Shown here: in pieces, positions 45,197 through 54,217 of the stretch
Layout of the letters: the number at the start of each line of letters is the position of its first letter
How positions within the stretch are numbered: position 1 is the first letter of the stretch
Assembly (NCBI GenBank): GCA_965203555.1
Contig: CBDBCY010000004.1
Span: forward strand, 1,536,001-1,600,000
Direction: 5' to 3'
DNA from: Acidimicrobiia bacterium
GTDB lineage: Bacteria; Actinomycetota; Acidimicrobiia; Spongiisociales; ZC4RG35
DNA length: 64,000 nucleotides
Position numbers and translations under genes: made by a program
Notes under the pieces: generated by a model
The model's input: the letters and a program-made list of their open reading frames with translations, nothing else
What the model was told of the DNA's origin: nothing
Database searches by the model: none

Positions 45197-48100
45197 TCAG
45201 GATCGCCGACGGGGTATGACCCGGCAGGCTTGTGATATTCCTCCCCCTTTGAGATCGCAGATCCGAGCGGTGGCGAGGACTGAGAAGATGGTGGAGTTCG
45301 ATCCCGTGGAGACGAGAATTCCCCGAGCCCCCCCCCCCGCTTCCCTATTTGTGCTTTCCTCGCGTGGGAACATCTTGGAAACGGTCTTCACAGACGAGAG
45401 GATGCGGTCATCCTCATACAGCCACAGTTTGGTGAACGGGCGATAGAGCACCTCCCTAACGCGAGATTCGTCAAATATGATCTCCTTGTTCGCTTTCAGG
45501 GCCTGCTTCAAGGTGGCGGTCCATTTGATGGTTTTGAGATTGTCGTTCCTAGTGGCTTGCCGGAAGGTGATTTCACCCTCCTCAACAAAGAACCGCATAT
45601 CTTCATACTCGTCAATGAGCGCCTTGATTCTGGCAATCAGATCGTCCCGAGAAAACGAATACACGTAAGTATCGCAATTGGTTTTCACGCCCGATGCGTG
45701 CTCCGCAACAGCACTACGCTCCTGCTTGTTCGTGGAACAGACCGGCAGCAGCTTCTCAAAGGTACCGTCGGTCAGGTTCACCCAGTCGTGGCGATCGTTG
45801 ACCGGCACCGTCTCGAACTGATCGCTGGTCACGTCCCCCAGTTCCGCCAGCCAGGCGAACTTCTGATCCAAGGTGGAGTATTCGGGTACTTCCGCGTAGC
45901 GGAGAGCGCCGGAGCCGGTCAGGCCCTCCCGTGGATTGCGGACCAGGACGGTGATCTGCACGCCGTTGCGCGATCCCCCACCGAACAGTTTGTCACCCTC
46001 TCGACGAAACTCCTCACCGCTCTTGTAAGCGTCCCCCCGCAGGTTGACCACATAGAGGTCGGTGAATTCGTCGCGTAACGCGGCCCGCATGCCCGCCAGG
46101 GCGGTACCCGTAGCGAGGGAATTGGGATGGATGAACGCCAACACCCCCCCCCCCCGCGGCGCGTCTGGAGTCGCCCAGTCGGTCCGAGGCCCACCGGAAC
46201 GACTTCACATACATATTGCCCGCCGCGTTGCCGCCCGGGGCGCGTCCGGTGACTTCCTTGTGCCGTCTTCCGTAGGTGTCTCTGACCCGTTGTTCGACGT
46301 CCTCATGGACGATGTTCGGGTTGTCGTCCCCGGCAGACTTCTGCCCGGCCGACCAGGGAGGATTCGCCGCTATCACCCGGATGTCCCGCTCGTCCTGGGA
46401 GACCGCCCGTCGAGGGTTCCGGTCCAGGCCGAGCCTTCCCGTCACCGCTCCGGCCAGCGTGTCCCGCAGAACTATGCCCTCGAACGGACGATACCCATCC
46501 TCGAACACTCCGCGAGAGGCGGCGGCCTGCTCGATCTTGAGAGCGGCGATGTAGTAGGCCAGCAGCACCAGATCGTTGGCGTGCAGTTCCTGTTCGTATT
46601 TGCGGACCGCGTCCCGGTCGGATATGAGCGGTTCCCCGTCGGTGTCCGCCAGGGTCAGCAATCTGGAGATGAAAGTGCCGGTCCCGGTGAAGGGATCGAG
46701 TATCTCCACGGCCGGTTCGCTCAGGGAGTAGCCGAAGTGCTTCCGGCACACCGCCTGGGCGCTGCGGAGCATGAAGTCCACCAGGGGAATCGGGGTGTAG
46801 ACGATGCCCAGACGCGCCACCACCTCGGGAACCGCCGATTTGAAGAACCCCTCGTACACGTCCTGGAGGACCTGCAGCTTGGAGGCGACGGGATCGGCGT
46901 CCTCGGAGACATCCTCGAACACCCTGGCAATGCGGTCGTAGGAGCGCTGCAGGGGCTCGATCAGATGATCGAAGTCGAGCCCGGCGTCCCTCAACTCCTC
47001 CATCACCGCGTTGAGGTGTTGGGAAACCGGATTCCGGTCAGCGAAGAGGTGCTCGGCGAAGAAGGCGTCGAACACCGGGATGGTGACCGCATGCTGGGCG
47101 ATCATCTCGGCAGCCTCGGCGCGGCTGAAGGTGGGTATGACGGTTTCTCGGATCTGTTCGGCGAAGGTGTCCAGGGCTTCCGCCGCCCGCCCGTGGCCGG
47201 TTTTGCTCCGAATCTCCGAAAGCACCTTCCGGTAGACCCCGGCGGCCCGGTTGCCCCAGGACGCCCAGTAGTGCCGGTCGCCCACCTGTTCCACCAGCAC
47301 CGACGCTATCTTCGGCAACAGATCGATCTCGGGAAGAGTCGGCTGGTCAGGTTTTCCGGCTGAGGGGTCGTCACCGGTCTTGTCGATGATTCGCAACGGC
47401 GCCTTCTCGGCCAGGCCGGGAGCGTTGACCAAGGCGTCGAAACGCTCGTCGTGGGCGCGGAGTGCCCGGCAGACCCTCCACACCTGTTGGAATGCGGAAC
47501 TTTTCAGAAACTCCTCGGATTGGAGGGTTTCCCCGTCGGGCACCAAAACCGGCACCACGATATAGCCCCTCTGCTTGCCGGGAGCGCGTCTCATCACCCG
47601 CCCCACCGCCTGCACGATATCGATCTCCGACTGACGGGGCGCCAGAAACAGCACGGCGTCCAAGGCCGGGATGTCCACCCCCTCGGAGAGGCAACGGGCG
47701 TTGGTCAGCACCCGGATGGTGCCGGGCGGCTGATCGGCGCCCTTCAACCATCCCACCCGTTCCGACCGCACATAGGCGTTCTGCTTGCCGTCGATGTGTT
47801 CCACGTCCAAGGCCAGCACCGCTCGATTCCGATAATCCTTGGAACGGTCCTGCTGATAGCTGTCGCACAGCCGGCGCCAGTGCTCGGCGACCTTCTTGGA
47901 GTTGACGATCTTGTTGGTGAAAGCGATCGCTCTGCGGCAGTGGTAGTCGGGGTTGAGCATCCCGGCGGCCCGGTCTCTTTCCACCCCCAACGTGGTGGGA
48001 TCGGCCAGGGCGTCCCAGCACCCCACCAACTGCACCCAGTCCTCGGCGTTGAGAATCTGCGACCGGGGCACTTTGCCGGTGGTCTCCCCGTACTGTTTCT

Positions 48101-49361
48101 GGTAATTCTCATAGCTTTCTATGGCATGCTGCTCGCGGTAGGCGATCACCACCACCTGGTAGTCCGACAGCAACTCCGCCTCGATGGCGTCATAGAAACT
48201 CTGCTCGTAGAGAAGCGGCCCATAGAGGAACTCGTCGTCCATGGAATACACCTCCCGCCCTGACCTCCTCCAACCCGCCGCGTAGATCCGCTGGGTGGCG
48301 GTCATGAACAGGCGCCTCCGAGCGTCGAGGCGAGCGGGGTTGTGCACCAGTTGGAAGGGACTCTCCTTTTCTTTGGACCGTTCCACGCCGGTGGTGCGGT
48401 GGGCCTCGTCGCAGATCACCAGATCGAACTCGGGCACGCCCAGGTACTGAGCGTCGCAGACCACCGGCAGCGACTGGTAGGTGGAAAAGACCACGGTCAT
48501 CGCCTCCGGCGCCTCCCGTTTGAGCTTGGAGGCGATCCTCTCGGCGCTGGTGGTGGGTGGCATGGCCAGTTCCATCAGATCGGCGTCCTCGGAGTCCCGG
48601 CCCGACCGGGCGTCCGAGCAGACCGCCAGGTAACGGTGCGGAATCTCCGGATCGCCCTGATATGCCCAGGTCCGCATGGTCTGGCTCATCAGGGCGATGG
48701 AGGGAACCAGATAGAGCACCCGGCCACCCAGACCCACGTTGCGCTCCGCCGCCCACAATCCCACCTCCGACTTTCCCGACCCGCAGGGCATGAGCACCCT
48801 CCCCCGGCTGGAGGGGTGCGAGCCGAACAACCCGTTGCCGATCGCATCCAGCGCTTCTTCCTGGTGCGGGCGGGGAATGTGACGTTCCTCGCCCCAGCGC
48901 AGAGTCTGATCGGGGCGTTCGATAAGATTTCGCCAGTCCCCCACCGGCCAGTTGTCGAGATCGTTCTTGGTGATGATCTGGGTGGAGGCGTCGTTGAGTT
49001 TCTTGCGGGCATTGGCGGAATAGTTGCCGGTGGCCACAAAGATGCGCTCCTCCCACACATCCGCCACCGTGTTGGACAGGAACTTGTTCACCTCGGTGAT
49101 ACTGACCGAACCCGACTTGTAGAACTTGCACTGAATGGCGCACAGCCCGCCCTCTTTCAGTTCACCCACCAGGTCGATGCCGATATCGCCGCCGCCCCGG
49201 CCGGGCCACTCCGACCACAGCCACAGTTTGTCGAAGCGATCCCGGTACTGCGGATTGACCAGGAGGGCTTTGCGGATCAGCTTCTCGAAGGCCCGACCTC
49301 GCTGATACCTCCCGGTGTGATCGGCTCGCAGGCGATCCAGCGCTTCGGCGAGATGCGGCAT
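45197..49361 (-). CDS. Type ISP (LlaGI/LlaBIII-like) restriction-modification enzyme, main chain: Mrr-like nuclease, SF2 helicase, N6-adenine MTase, TRD; frameshifted at a G12 tract
   Basis: GIDLV...AIQCKFY, MPCGSGKS, DEAHRT, MTAT, QAVGRVMR, IVYTP, LDPFTGTGTF, ANPPW. After the tract at 46144-46155 it continues as VLAFIHPNS...YVVNLRGD...SGVKTNCD...LYRPFTK. Removing one G gives a single 1387-aa ORF. Confidence 0.92.
45328..45338 (-). repeat. Poly-G tract 1 (G11), selects cassette 1, cassette 2 or read-through
   Basis: 11 C on the + strand, in frame as EAGGGAR, just 5' of cassette 1. Confidence 0.85.
46144..46155 (-). repeat. Poly-G tract 0 (G12) within the MTase region, candidate ON/OFF phase-variation switch
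   Basis: G11 joins ORF 46014-49361 to ORF 45197-46144; G12 terminates at 46014. Confidence 0.8.
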
Positions 49362-49452
49362 CAGACTCTTTCTATCAAGTTCTGGCTACTGTCGAATACA
49401 TTGAACACAAGGGTACAATGAGAAGACCGTCCGCATATTTCTCCCGTAGCCC

Positions 49453-50187
49453 ATGTCCGTTCCCCCCGGCACGCTCATCGAACTGCCTCCCGAGCAGCAC
49501 GACCGCGACAACATCACCGACTGGTGCCTTGACCAATTCCGGGACCACTATGGAGACGGGGCCATCACCAAGGACGACATCTGGGAGTATCTGTACGGGG
49601 TGATGCACGCCCCCGACTGGCGGGAGCGATACCGGCACGACCTGCAGCGCAACCTGCCGCGGGTGCCGTTCGCTCCCGACTTCGAGGCATTCGCCGCGGC
49701 GGGCCGTCACCTCATGGATCTGCACATCAACTACGAGACCGTCCCCGAATGGCCGCTTACCTGCCTGGTGGACGATCAGCCCGACGAGGGCGGTTCCGAT
49801 CCCGACGCCTACCGGATCACTCAGAGGAAGATGAGGTGGGGGAAAGACGCAGCCACCAGGACCGCGGACCGCAGCGTGTTCATCATCAACGACCGGTGCC
49901 GGCTGGTGGGCATACCACCCGAAGCCCACGAATACACGGTTTCGGGACGTTCACCGCTGGAATGGGCCATCGACAGCCTGCGCTGGAAACACAACAAGGC
50001 GTCGGGGATAACCGACGATCCCAACGGCTGGCATGCCTGGGCGGACGAGCCGTTCAACCTGATCCGCCACCTCCGCCGCCTCGTCCACATCTCGATCCAC
50101 ACCGCCCGAACCGTGAAGTCCCTGCCGCCTTCGCTGGCGGAACCACAGTCCCCGGGCTCGGCAGACAACCCAACCCCCGAACACTGA
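49453..50187 (+). CDS. Type ISP C-terminal domain encoded as a separate, divergent gene
   Basis: RDNITDWCL..FR.HYGD..ITKDDI..Y.YGVMH.PDWRERY..DL.RNLPRVP, AG..L.DLHINYE, GIP.EA.EY.V.GRSPLEW.ID, SGI..DPN.W: the distal part of Type ISP enzymes. Confidence 0.9.
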   Translation: MSVPPGTLIELPPEQHDRDNITDWCLDQFRDHYGDGAITKDDIWEYLYGVMHAPDWRERYRHDLQRNLPRVPFAPDFEAFAAAGRHLMDLHINYETVPEWPLTCLVDDQPDEGGSDPDAYRITQRKMRWGKDAATRTADRSVFIINDRCRLVGIPPEAHEYTVSGRSPLEWAIDSLRWKHNKASGITDDPNGWHAWADEPFNLIRHLRRLVHISIHTARTVKSLPPSLAEPQSPGSADNPTPEH

Positions 50188-50436
50188 TGTGATCACCTGA
50201 AAGACACCGGTACTTCCCTTCCCATTTTTGGGCACGGAATACCTCGGTCCGTCTTCACATCCACCAGGACCACTATCGGAATCCCCCCTGTGGTGAACCC
50301 TCCGATTGCCGCGCGACATCTTTGCGAGGAAAGTCCATCTCCACTCCGTACGGCCTGGCAAGGACTCCGCGGATTTCTGTTTCGGAGAACCTCTTCAGCG
50401 CTGAGGCGAGGACCTCGGAAACGCCGAGGGGTGCGA

Positions 50437-50751
50437 TCAAGAAACGCCGGCGGGTATCAGCGCGGTGATCTCTTTCGCCAAGTCGGCCGGCATGAGAGAG
50501 AGGATGGCTGACCGCTTCTGGTCGGACATTCGTGCCAGTCGCCTTGCCGATATGTGAGCCGGCAGCTCACGGGTGTCCCCGATCTGCTCTTCGAGGGAGC
50601 ACTGGTAGAACAGGGAGTCCGCAAGGTCAGCCAACCAGGCGCGCTCTTCCGGAGTGGCAGGCCGACTACGGACATCGTCGAAGGACACATTCGGGTCCTC
50701 ACACAGCGCGATGATCTCCTCATGATCGAGCTTCCCCATAGACCAAAACAT
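50437..50751 (-). CDS. Hypothetical protein
   Basis: 104-aa ORF with plausible composition; no recognised motif. Confidence 0.45.
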   Translation of the reverse strand: MFWSMGKLDHEEIIALCEDPNVSFDDVRSRPATPEERAWLADLADSLFYQCSLEEQIGDTRELPAHISARRLARMSDQKRSAILSLMPADLAKEITALIPAGVS

Positions 50752-50867
50752 AGTGGTCGGTCGAGACCGGACAGGCCGGTGGTTGGCTGGCGTCGCAAAT
50801 GTCGCCGCCCAGAGGACCGAACACGGCGTTTTCCCACGCGGTCACAACCGCGCTGTTTTCGGTCTTT

Positions 50868-51185
50868 TTATCGAACCGCGGTCACCTCGAGGTGGACGCC
50901 CTCGTGCTGCTGGATGCGGCTGATGACCTCGAACAGGTTGCGGGCATGGGGATTGCCGTCCGGTCCGAACATGCGCATGAGACTCTTGGGATGCTTATTC
51001 GTCAGAGAGCCAAGCTTCTCGAACCCCATGGTGGCGTTTATGTAGTCGCGCAGTACGATCTTGCCCGCATCTAGGTCCCCCGCCAGCAGACATTCGACAC
51101 TTTCTTTGAGCAATTCTTCTCGAAACGCCGGGTCACCCTCGGCGCGGGCCTGCACAGTCTCTTTGAAGTCACAGGTTAGTGGCAT
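50868..51185 (-). CDS. HTH antitoxin / transcriptional regulator (addiction-module antidote-like)
   Basis: MPLT.DFKETV.AR...DPAFREELL, LRDYINATMGF, KSLMRMFGPDGNP.ARNLF. Confidence 0.8.
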   Translation of the reverse strand: MPLTCDFKETVQARAEGDPAFREELLKESVECLLAGDLDAGKIVLRDYINATMGFEKLGSLTNKHPKSLMRMFGPDGNPHARNLFEVISRIQQHEGVHLEVTAVR

Positions 51186-51517
51186 CTTTTACCTCCTGTT
51201 TCTTGCGATGCTTGTACTCTTGCCAAAGTTCACGAGCGCTTTCAATGTCCCTTTGCCGGCGCGCTTTGGTCCCACCGCCGAGCAGGATTATCAATGCGCC
51301 TCCGTCTTGGCCGAAATAGACCCGGTAGCCCGGGCCGACTTGTATGCGGCGCTCCAGCACACCGCTGCCGACACCCTTCACATCGGACAGATTTCCCGCC
51401 TCCAGAACGTGCAAGAACCGTCCTCACCCTGGATGCGGCACTGGCGTCGAGCCTGCCGAACCAGCGACCGAACGGACTGCGGCCCCAGTAATCGACGTAT
51501 TCCCTGACCTCCGTCAT
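51169..51517 (-). pseudogene. RelE/ParE-family toxin with a +1 frameshift near 51405
   Basis: MTEVREY...GRSPFGRWF..LD...RV..VLAR then LEAGNLSDVKGVGSGVLERRI..GPGYRVYFG, in two frames. Confidence 0.82.
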
Positions 51518-51519
51518 AT

Positions 51520-51537
51520 GGTAACGCTACCGTTACC
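51520..51537 (-). promoter_or_regulatory. Perfect inverted repeat GGTAACG-N4-CGTTACC at the toxin start (likely operator over a leaderless promoter)
   Basis: Read directly from the sequence, 2 nt upstream of the ATG. Confidence 0.6.
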
Positions 51538-51582
51538 GTCATGCAGAAGCTGGATGTTCGGCATGCTTCATCCTCCACTCTT

Positions 51583-51806
51583 CCGCCCCTCGAGTGGGCG
51601 ATCGACAGCCTGCGCTGGAAGCACGACAAGGCATCAGGAATAACCGACGATCAGAACGGATGGCCTCCTGGACCGACGAACCGTTCAACCTGATCAGACA
51701 TCTGCGGCGGCTCGTGTACGTGTCGGTCGAGACCGCCCGGATCGTGAAATCGCTACCGCTCCCCCTGGAGCCTCAGCAACCCGACTCCTCCGAAGAGAGT
51801 TGCTGA
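51583..51806 (+). pseudogene. Degenerate second copy of the 3' end of the Type ISP C-terminal gene
   Basis: PLEWAIDSLRWKHDKASGITDD.NG / WTDEPFNLIRHLRRLV.VS.ETARIVKSLP, frameshifted; homologous to ~49951-50130. Confidence 0.85.
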
Positions 51807-51892
51807 AGCTCTGAACATCGCTCCCGGCGGTACGTCCGGCGGTGATAAGGTCATGGTCGAGGGGGCCCCGATACGAACAGAAGGAGCGTCTG

Positions 51893-52900
51893 ATGACCCC
51901 TATGTACTTTGAGGAGGATTCCGACCTGAGGCATCTCGCAGGCCGGACCATCTGCATCGTCGGATACGGCAACCAGGGTCGCTCGCAGGCCCTCAACATG
52001 CGGGACAGCGGGCTCGGGGTAATTGTGGGGAGCCGTCGGGACGCCTCTTACCAGACAGCCCTGCAGGACGGCTTCGCGGTGTTTCCGGTTGGGGAAGCGG
52101 TAGCGCGTTCCGATGTGATCTTCCTTCTGGTTCCCGACGAGGTGATGCCCCAGGTCTACGAGGAGGATGTCGCCCCCAACCTCGTGCCCGGCAACATGCT
52201 GGTTTTTGCCAGCGGCTACAACATCGCCTTCGGCCTGATCACACCCTCCTCCGATGTGGACGTGGTCTTGATCGCTCCTCGAATGATCGGCGCAGGAGTC
52301 AGGGACACCTACCTGAGCGGAGAGGGCTTTCCCAGTCTCGTCGCCGTTCACCATGCCGCCACCGAGACGGCCTTCGAGCGGATGCTGGCCCTCTGCGAAG
52401 GGATAGGGTCCACCAGGATGGGCGTGATCGAATCCAGTTTCCTGGAGGAGACGACCGTGGACCTGTTCGCCGAACAGGTGGGCTACCTCTACGCGGTGCG
52501 CCGCTATTGCGAAGTACTGGTGGAGGCCGGTTGCAGTCCCGAGGCGGCCATGCTGGAATTCTATGCCTCGGGTGAGGGCATCGAGACCGCCAAAGCGTAT
52601 CGTGACATCGGGCTCTGGGACCAGATCACCCTGCATTCCCGCACCAGCCAGTACGGGCAGGAAGTGACCAGCCGACTCTCCGCCGAGGAGGAGGAAACCG
52701 AGCGGGACAGGCTGAGAGCGATCATCGCCCACATCCAGGACGGGTCTTTTGCCCGGGATTGGACCGCGGAACAGCAGTCTGGATTCCCCGAGTTCAACCG
52801 GGTCAGGGCGCTGAACATGGCCCATGAAATGCGAACGGCCGAGAGAAGGCTCTACCAAGTGCTGGGACGGATACCGGACAACGGGACAGCTCTGTCCTAA
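51893..52900 (+). CDS. ilvC: Ketol-acid reductoisomerase (class I KARI)
   Basis: IVGYGNQGRSQALNMRDSG, LLVPDE, FASGYNI, EET.VDLFAEQ, SRTSQYG. Confidence 0.82.
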   Translation: MTPMYFEEDSDLRHLAGRTICIVGYGNQGRSQALNMRDSGLGVIVGSRRDASYQTALQDGFAVFPVGEAVARSDVIFLLVPDEVMPQVYEEDVAPNLVPGNMLVFASGYNIAFGLITPSSDVDVVLIAPRMIGAGVRDTYLSGEGFPSLVAVHHAATETAFERMLALCEGIGSTRMGVIESSFLEETTVDLFAEQVGYLYAVRRYCEVLVEAGCSPEAAMLEFYASGEGIETAKAYRDIGLWDQITLHSRTSQYGQEVTSRLSAEEEETERDRLRAIIAHIQDGSFARDWTAEQQSGFPEFNRVRALNMAHEMRTAERRLYQVLGRIPDNGTALS

Positions 52901-52941
52901 GCCCAGGTCTACGGGGTTTTCGAATAGGGTGAGGTGGGTGT

Positions 52942-54078
52942 CTATGACGGCCAGAGCAGACCGTCCCTCAGGACCCGGTGAAAGGTGGCCAACGGCCAAA
53001 CCTGGATACCGTCCTCGGACTGGAAGGACCGCCGCCCGTTATAGACCAGAATGCGGCGGGTTAGCCCAGCCAGGCCTGCTATTGCCCGCAGACCCTTGAG
53101 CATGGTGAGGTTGTATTGACTGGTCGATTTGACTCCGATCGCCAGCCGCTCGTTGTCGCGGGTCAGAACGAAGTCGACCTCGGTCTGGGATTGAGCCGGC
53201 GCCCAGTAGGCGATGTCATCGAACAGAGGCTGCCACTGGGCATGGGCGCGAATCGCGCCGAACACCCACCCCTCGAACAGGGCACCGCGTTCCTCGGGGG
53301 TGACCGGCCCGAATTGCCGCTTCACGGCCCGCACCAAATCGGGATCCACCCAGTAGAGCTTTGGACGGCGCCTTTCCCGAACTCTCAACTTGGTCTCCAG
53401 TGCCGACAGTCGGGTGATCATGAGAGTGTCCTCCAGGATTCCCAGATAACCGGCCACCGTCGATCGGGCCACGCGGGCATCCCGGGCCAAGCTCGCCGAG
53501 TTGACAGTCTGGGCATCCATGAGGGCAGCAACCGGAAGGAATCGAACGAACCCCGGGAGGTTCCGCACGGCCGCCTCCGCCCTGACTTCCTCGCGCAGAT
53601 ACAGCTGTGTGTAGCTCTGAAGCACCCGTCGGCGGTCACCGGACGTCCACACCAAAGGGCTGGTTCCGTACCGGAGCGCATCGACGAGTTTGAAGTCCTT
53701 GCCCAGTTCGGCGGCGGTGGGCGGATGCATCTCCACGTGGAGAGCCCGCCCGGCCAGCAGGTTGGTCCCCGCCGTCTTCAGTTTGTGCGCGCTGGAACCC
53801 AGCAAGGCAAACCGGATGCTCCGGGTCTCGATCAGCCTGTGGATCTCGTTGAGCAGACTCGGGATGCGCTGGACCTCGTCGACCACCACCCATTCGCCAC
53901 CCCGTCGTTGTGAAACCAGATCACGGAACAACACCGGATCGGCCAGCAGATCGGTGAACAGGGCTTCGTCCAGCAGGTCGAAATAGATGGCGTCCGGAAA
54001 GGCGGAACGAGCCCACGTACTCTTTCCAACCCCTCTGGGACCGAACAGAAAGAAGCTTCGGTCGGGAATCCCGGTCAA
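52942..54078 (-). CDS. AAA_14-type ATPase with DUF4143 domain (COG1373); true start uncertain
   Basis: FGPRGVGKST, VDEVQRIP, LLAGRA, PKLYWVD, GALFE, EVDFV. Confidence 0.85.
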   Translation of the reverse strand: MTGIPDRSFFLFGPRGVGKSTWARSAFPDAIYFDLLDEALFTDLLADPVLFRDLVSQRRGGEWVVVDEVQRIPSLLNEIHRLIETRSIRFALLGSSAHKLKTAGTNLLAGRALHVEMHPPTAAELGKDFKLVDALRYGTSPLVWTSGDRRRVLQSYTQLYLREEVRAEAAVRNLPGFVRFLPVAALMDAQTVNSASLARDARVARSTVAGYLGILEDTLMITRLSALETKLRVRERRRPKLYWVDPDLVRAVKRQFGPVTPEERGALFEGWVFGAIRAHAQWQPLFDDIAYWAPAQSQTEVDFVLTRDNERLAIGVKSTSQYNLTMLKGLRAIAGLAGLTRRILVYNGRRSFQSEDGIQVWPLATFHRVLRDGLLWPS

Positions 54079-54217
54079 CCTCGGATAGATCGCAGTTGGA
54101 GAGAATTGTGCGTCATACCGTCAAAAAACGCCGATAAGTGACGGCTATGTATGCATTTTGCACAATGCGTGAGGGATCCGGAAGGCCTGATCCGGGTCCC
54201 GGCCACCTGCGTATCTT

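Larger units (their letters stand above)
44474..45327 (-). repeat. Array of seven diverged ~120-bp Type ISP target-recognition-domain cassettes
   Basis: C1 45197-45327, C2 45081-45206, C3 44942-45067, C4 44832-44948, C5 44691-44813, C6 44584-44700, C7 44474-44593. All fit the pattern AIL/hh...F..hA/T..h.DL.....R.hPR-stop. Confidence 0.9.

Noticed and set aside
44474-45338. CRISPR array, DGR or invertible shufflon as explanation for the cassette array
   Set aside because: No identical direct repeats with spacers and no cas, reverse transcriptase or invertase gene in the window. All cassettes are co-oriented and similar mainly at the protein level. Recombinational deletion between tracts remains a possible secondary route.
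45197-46144. 315-aa ORF as a separate gene
   Set aside because: It is the continuation of the Type ISP gene after the G12 frameshift.
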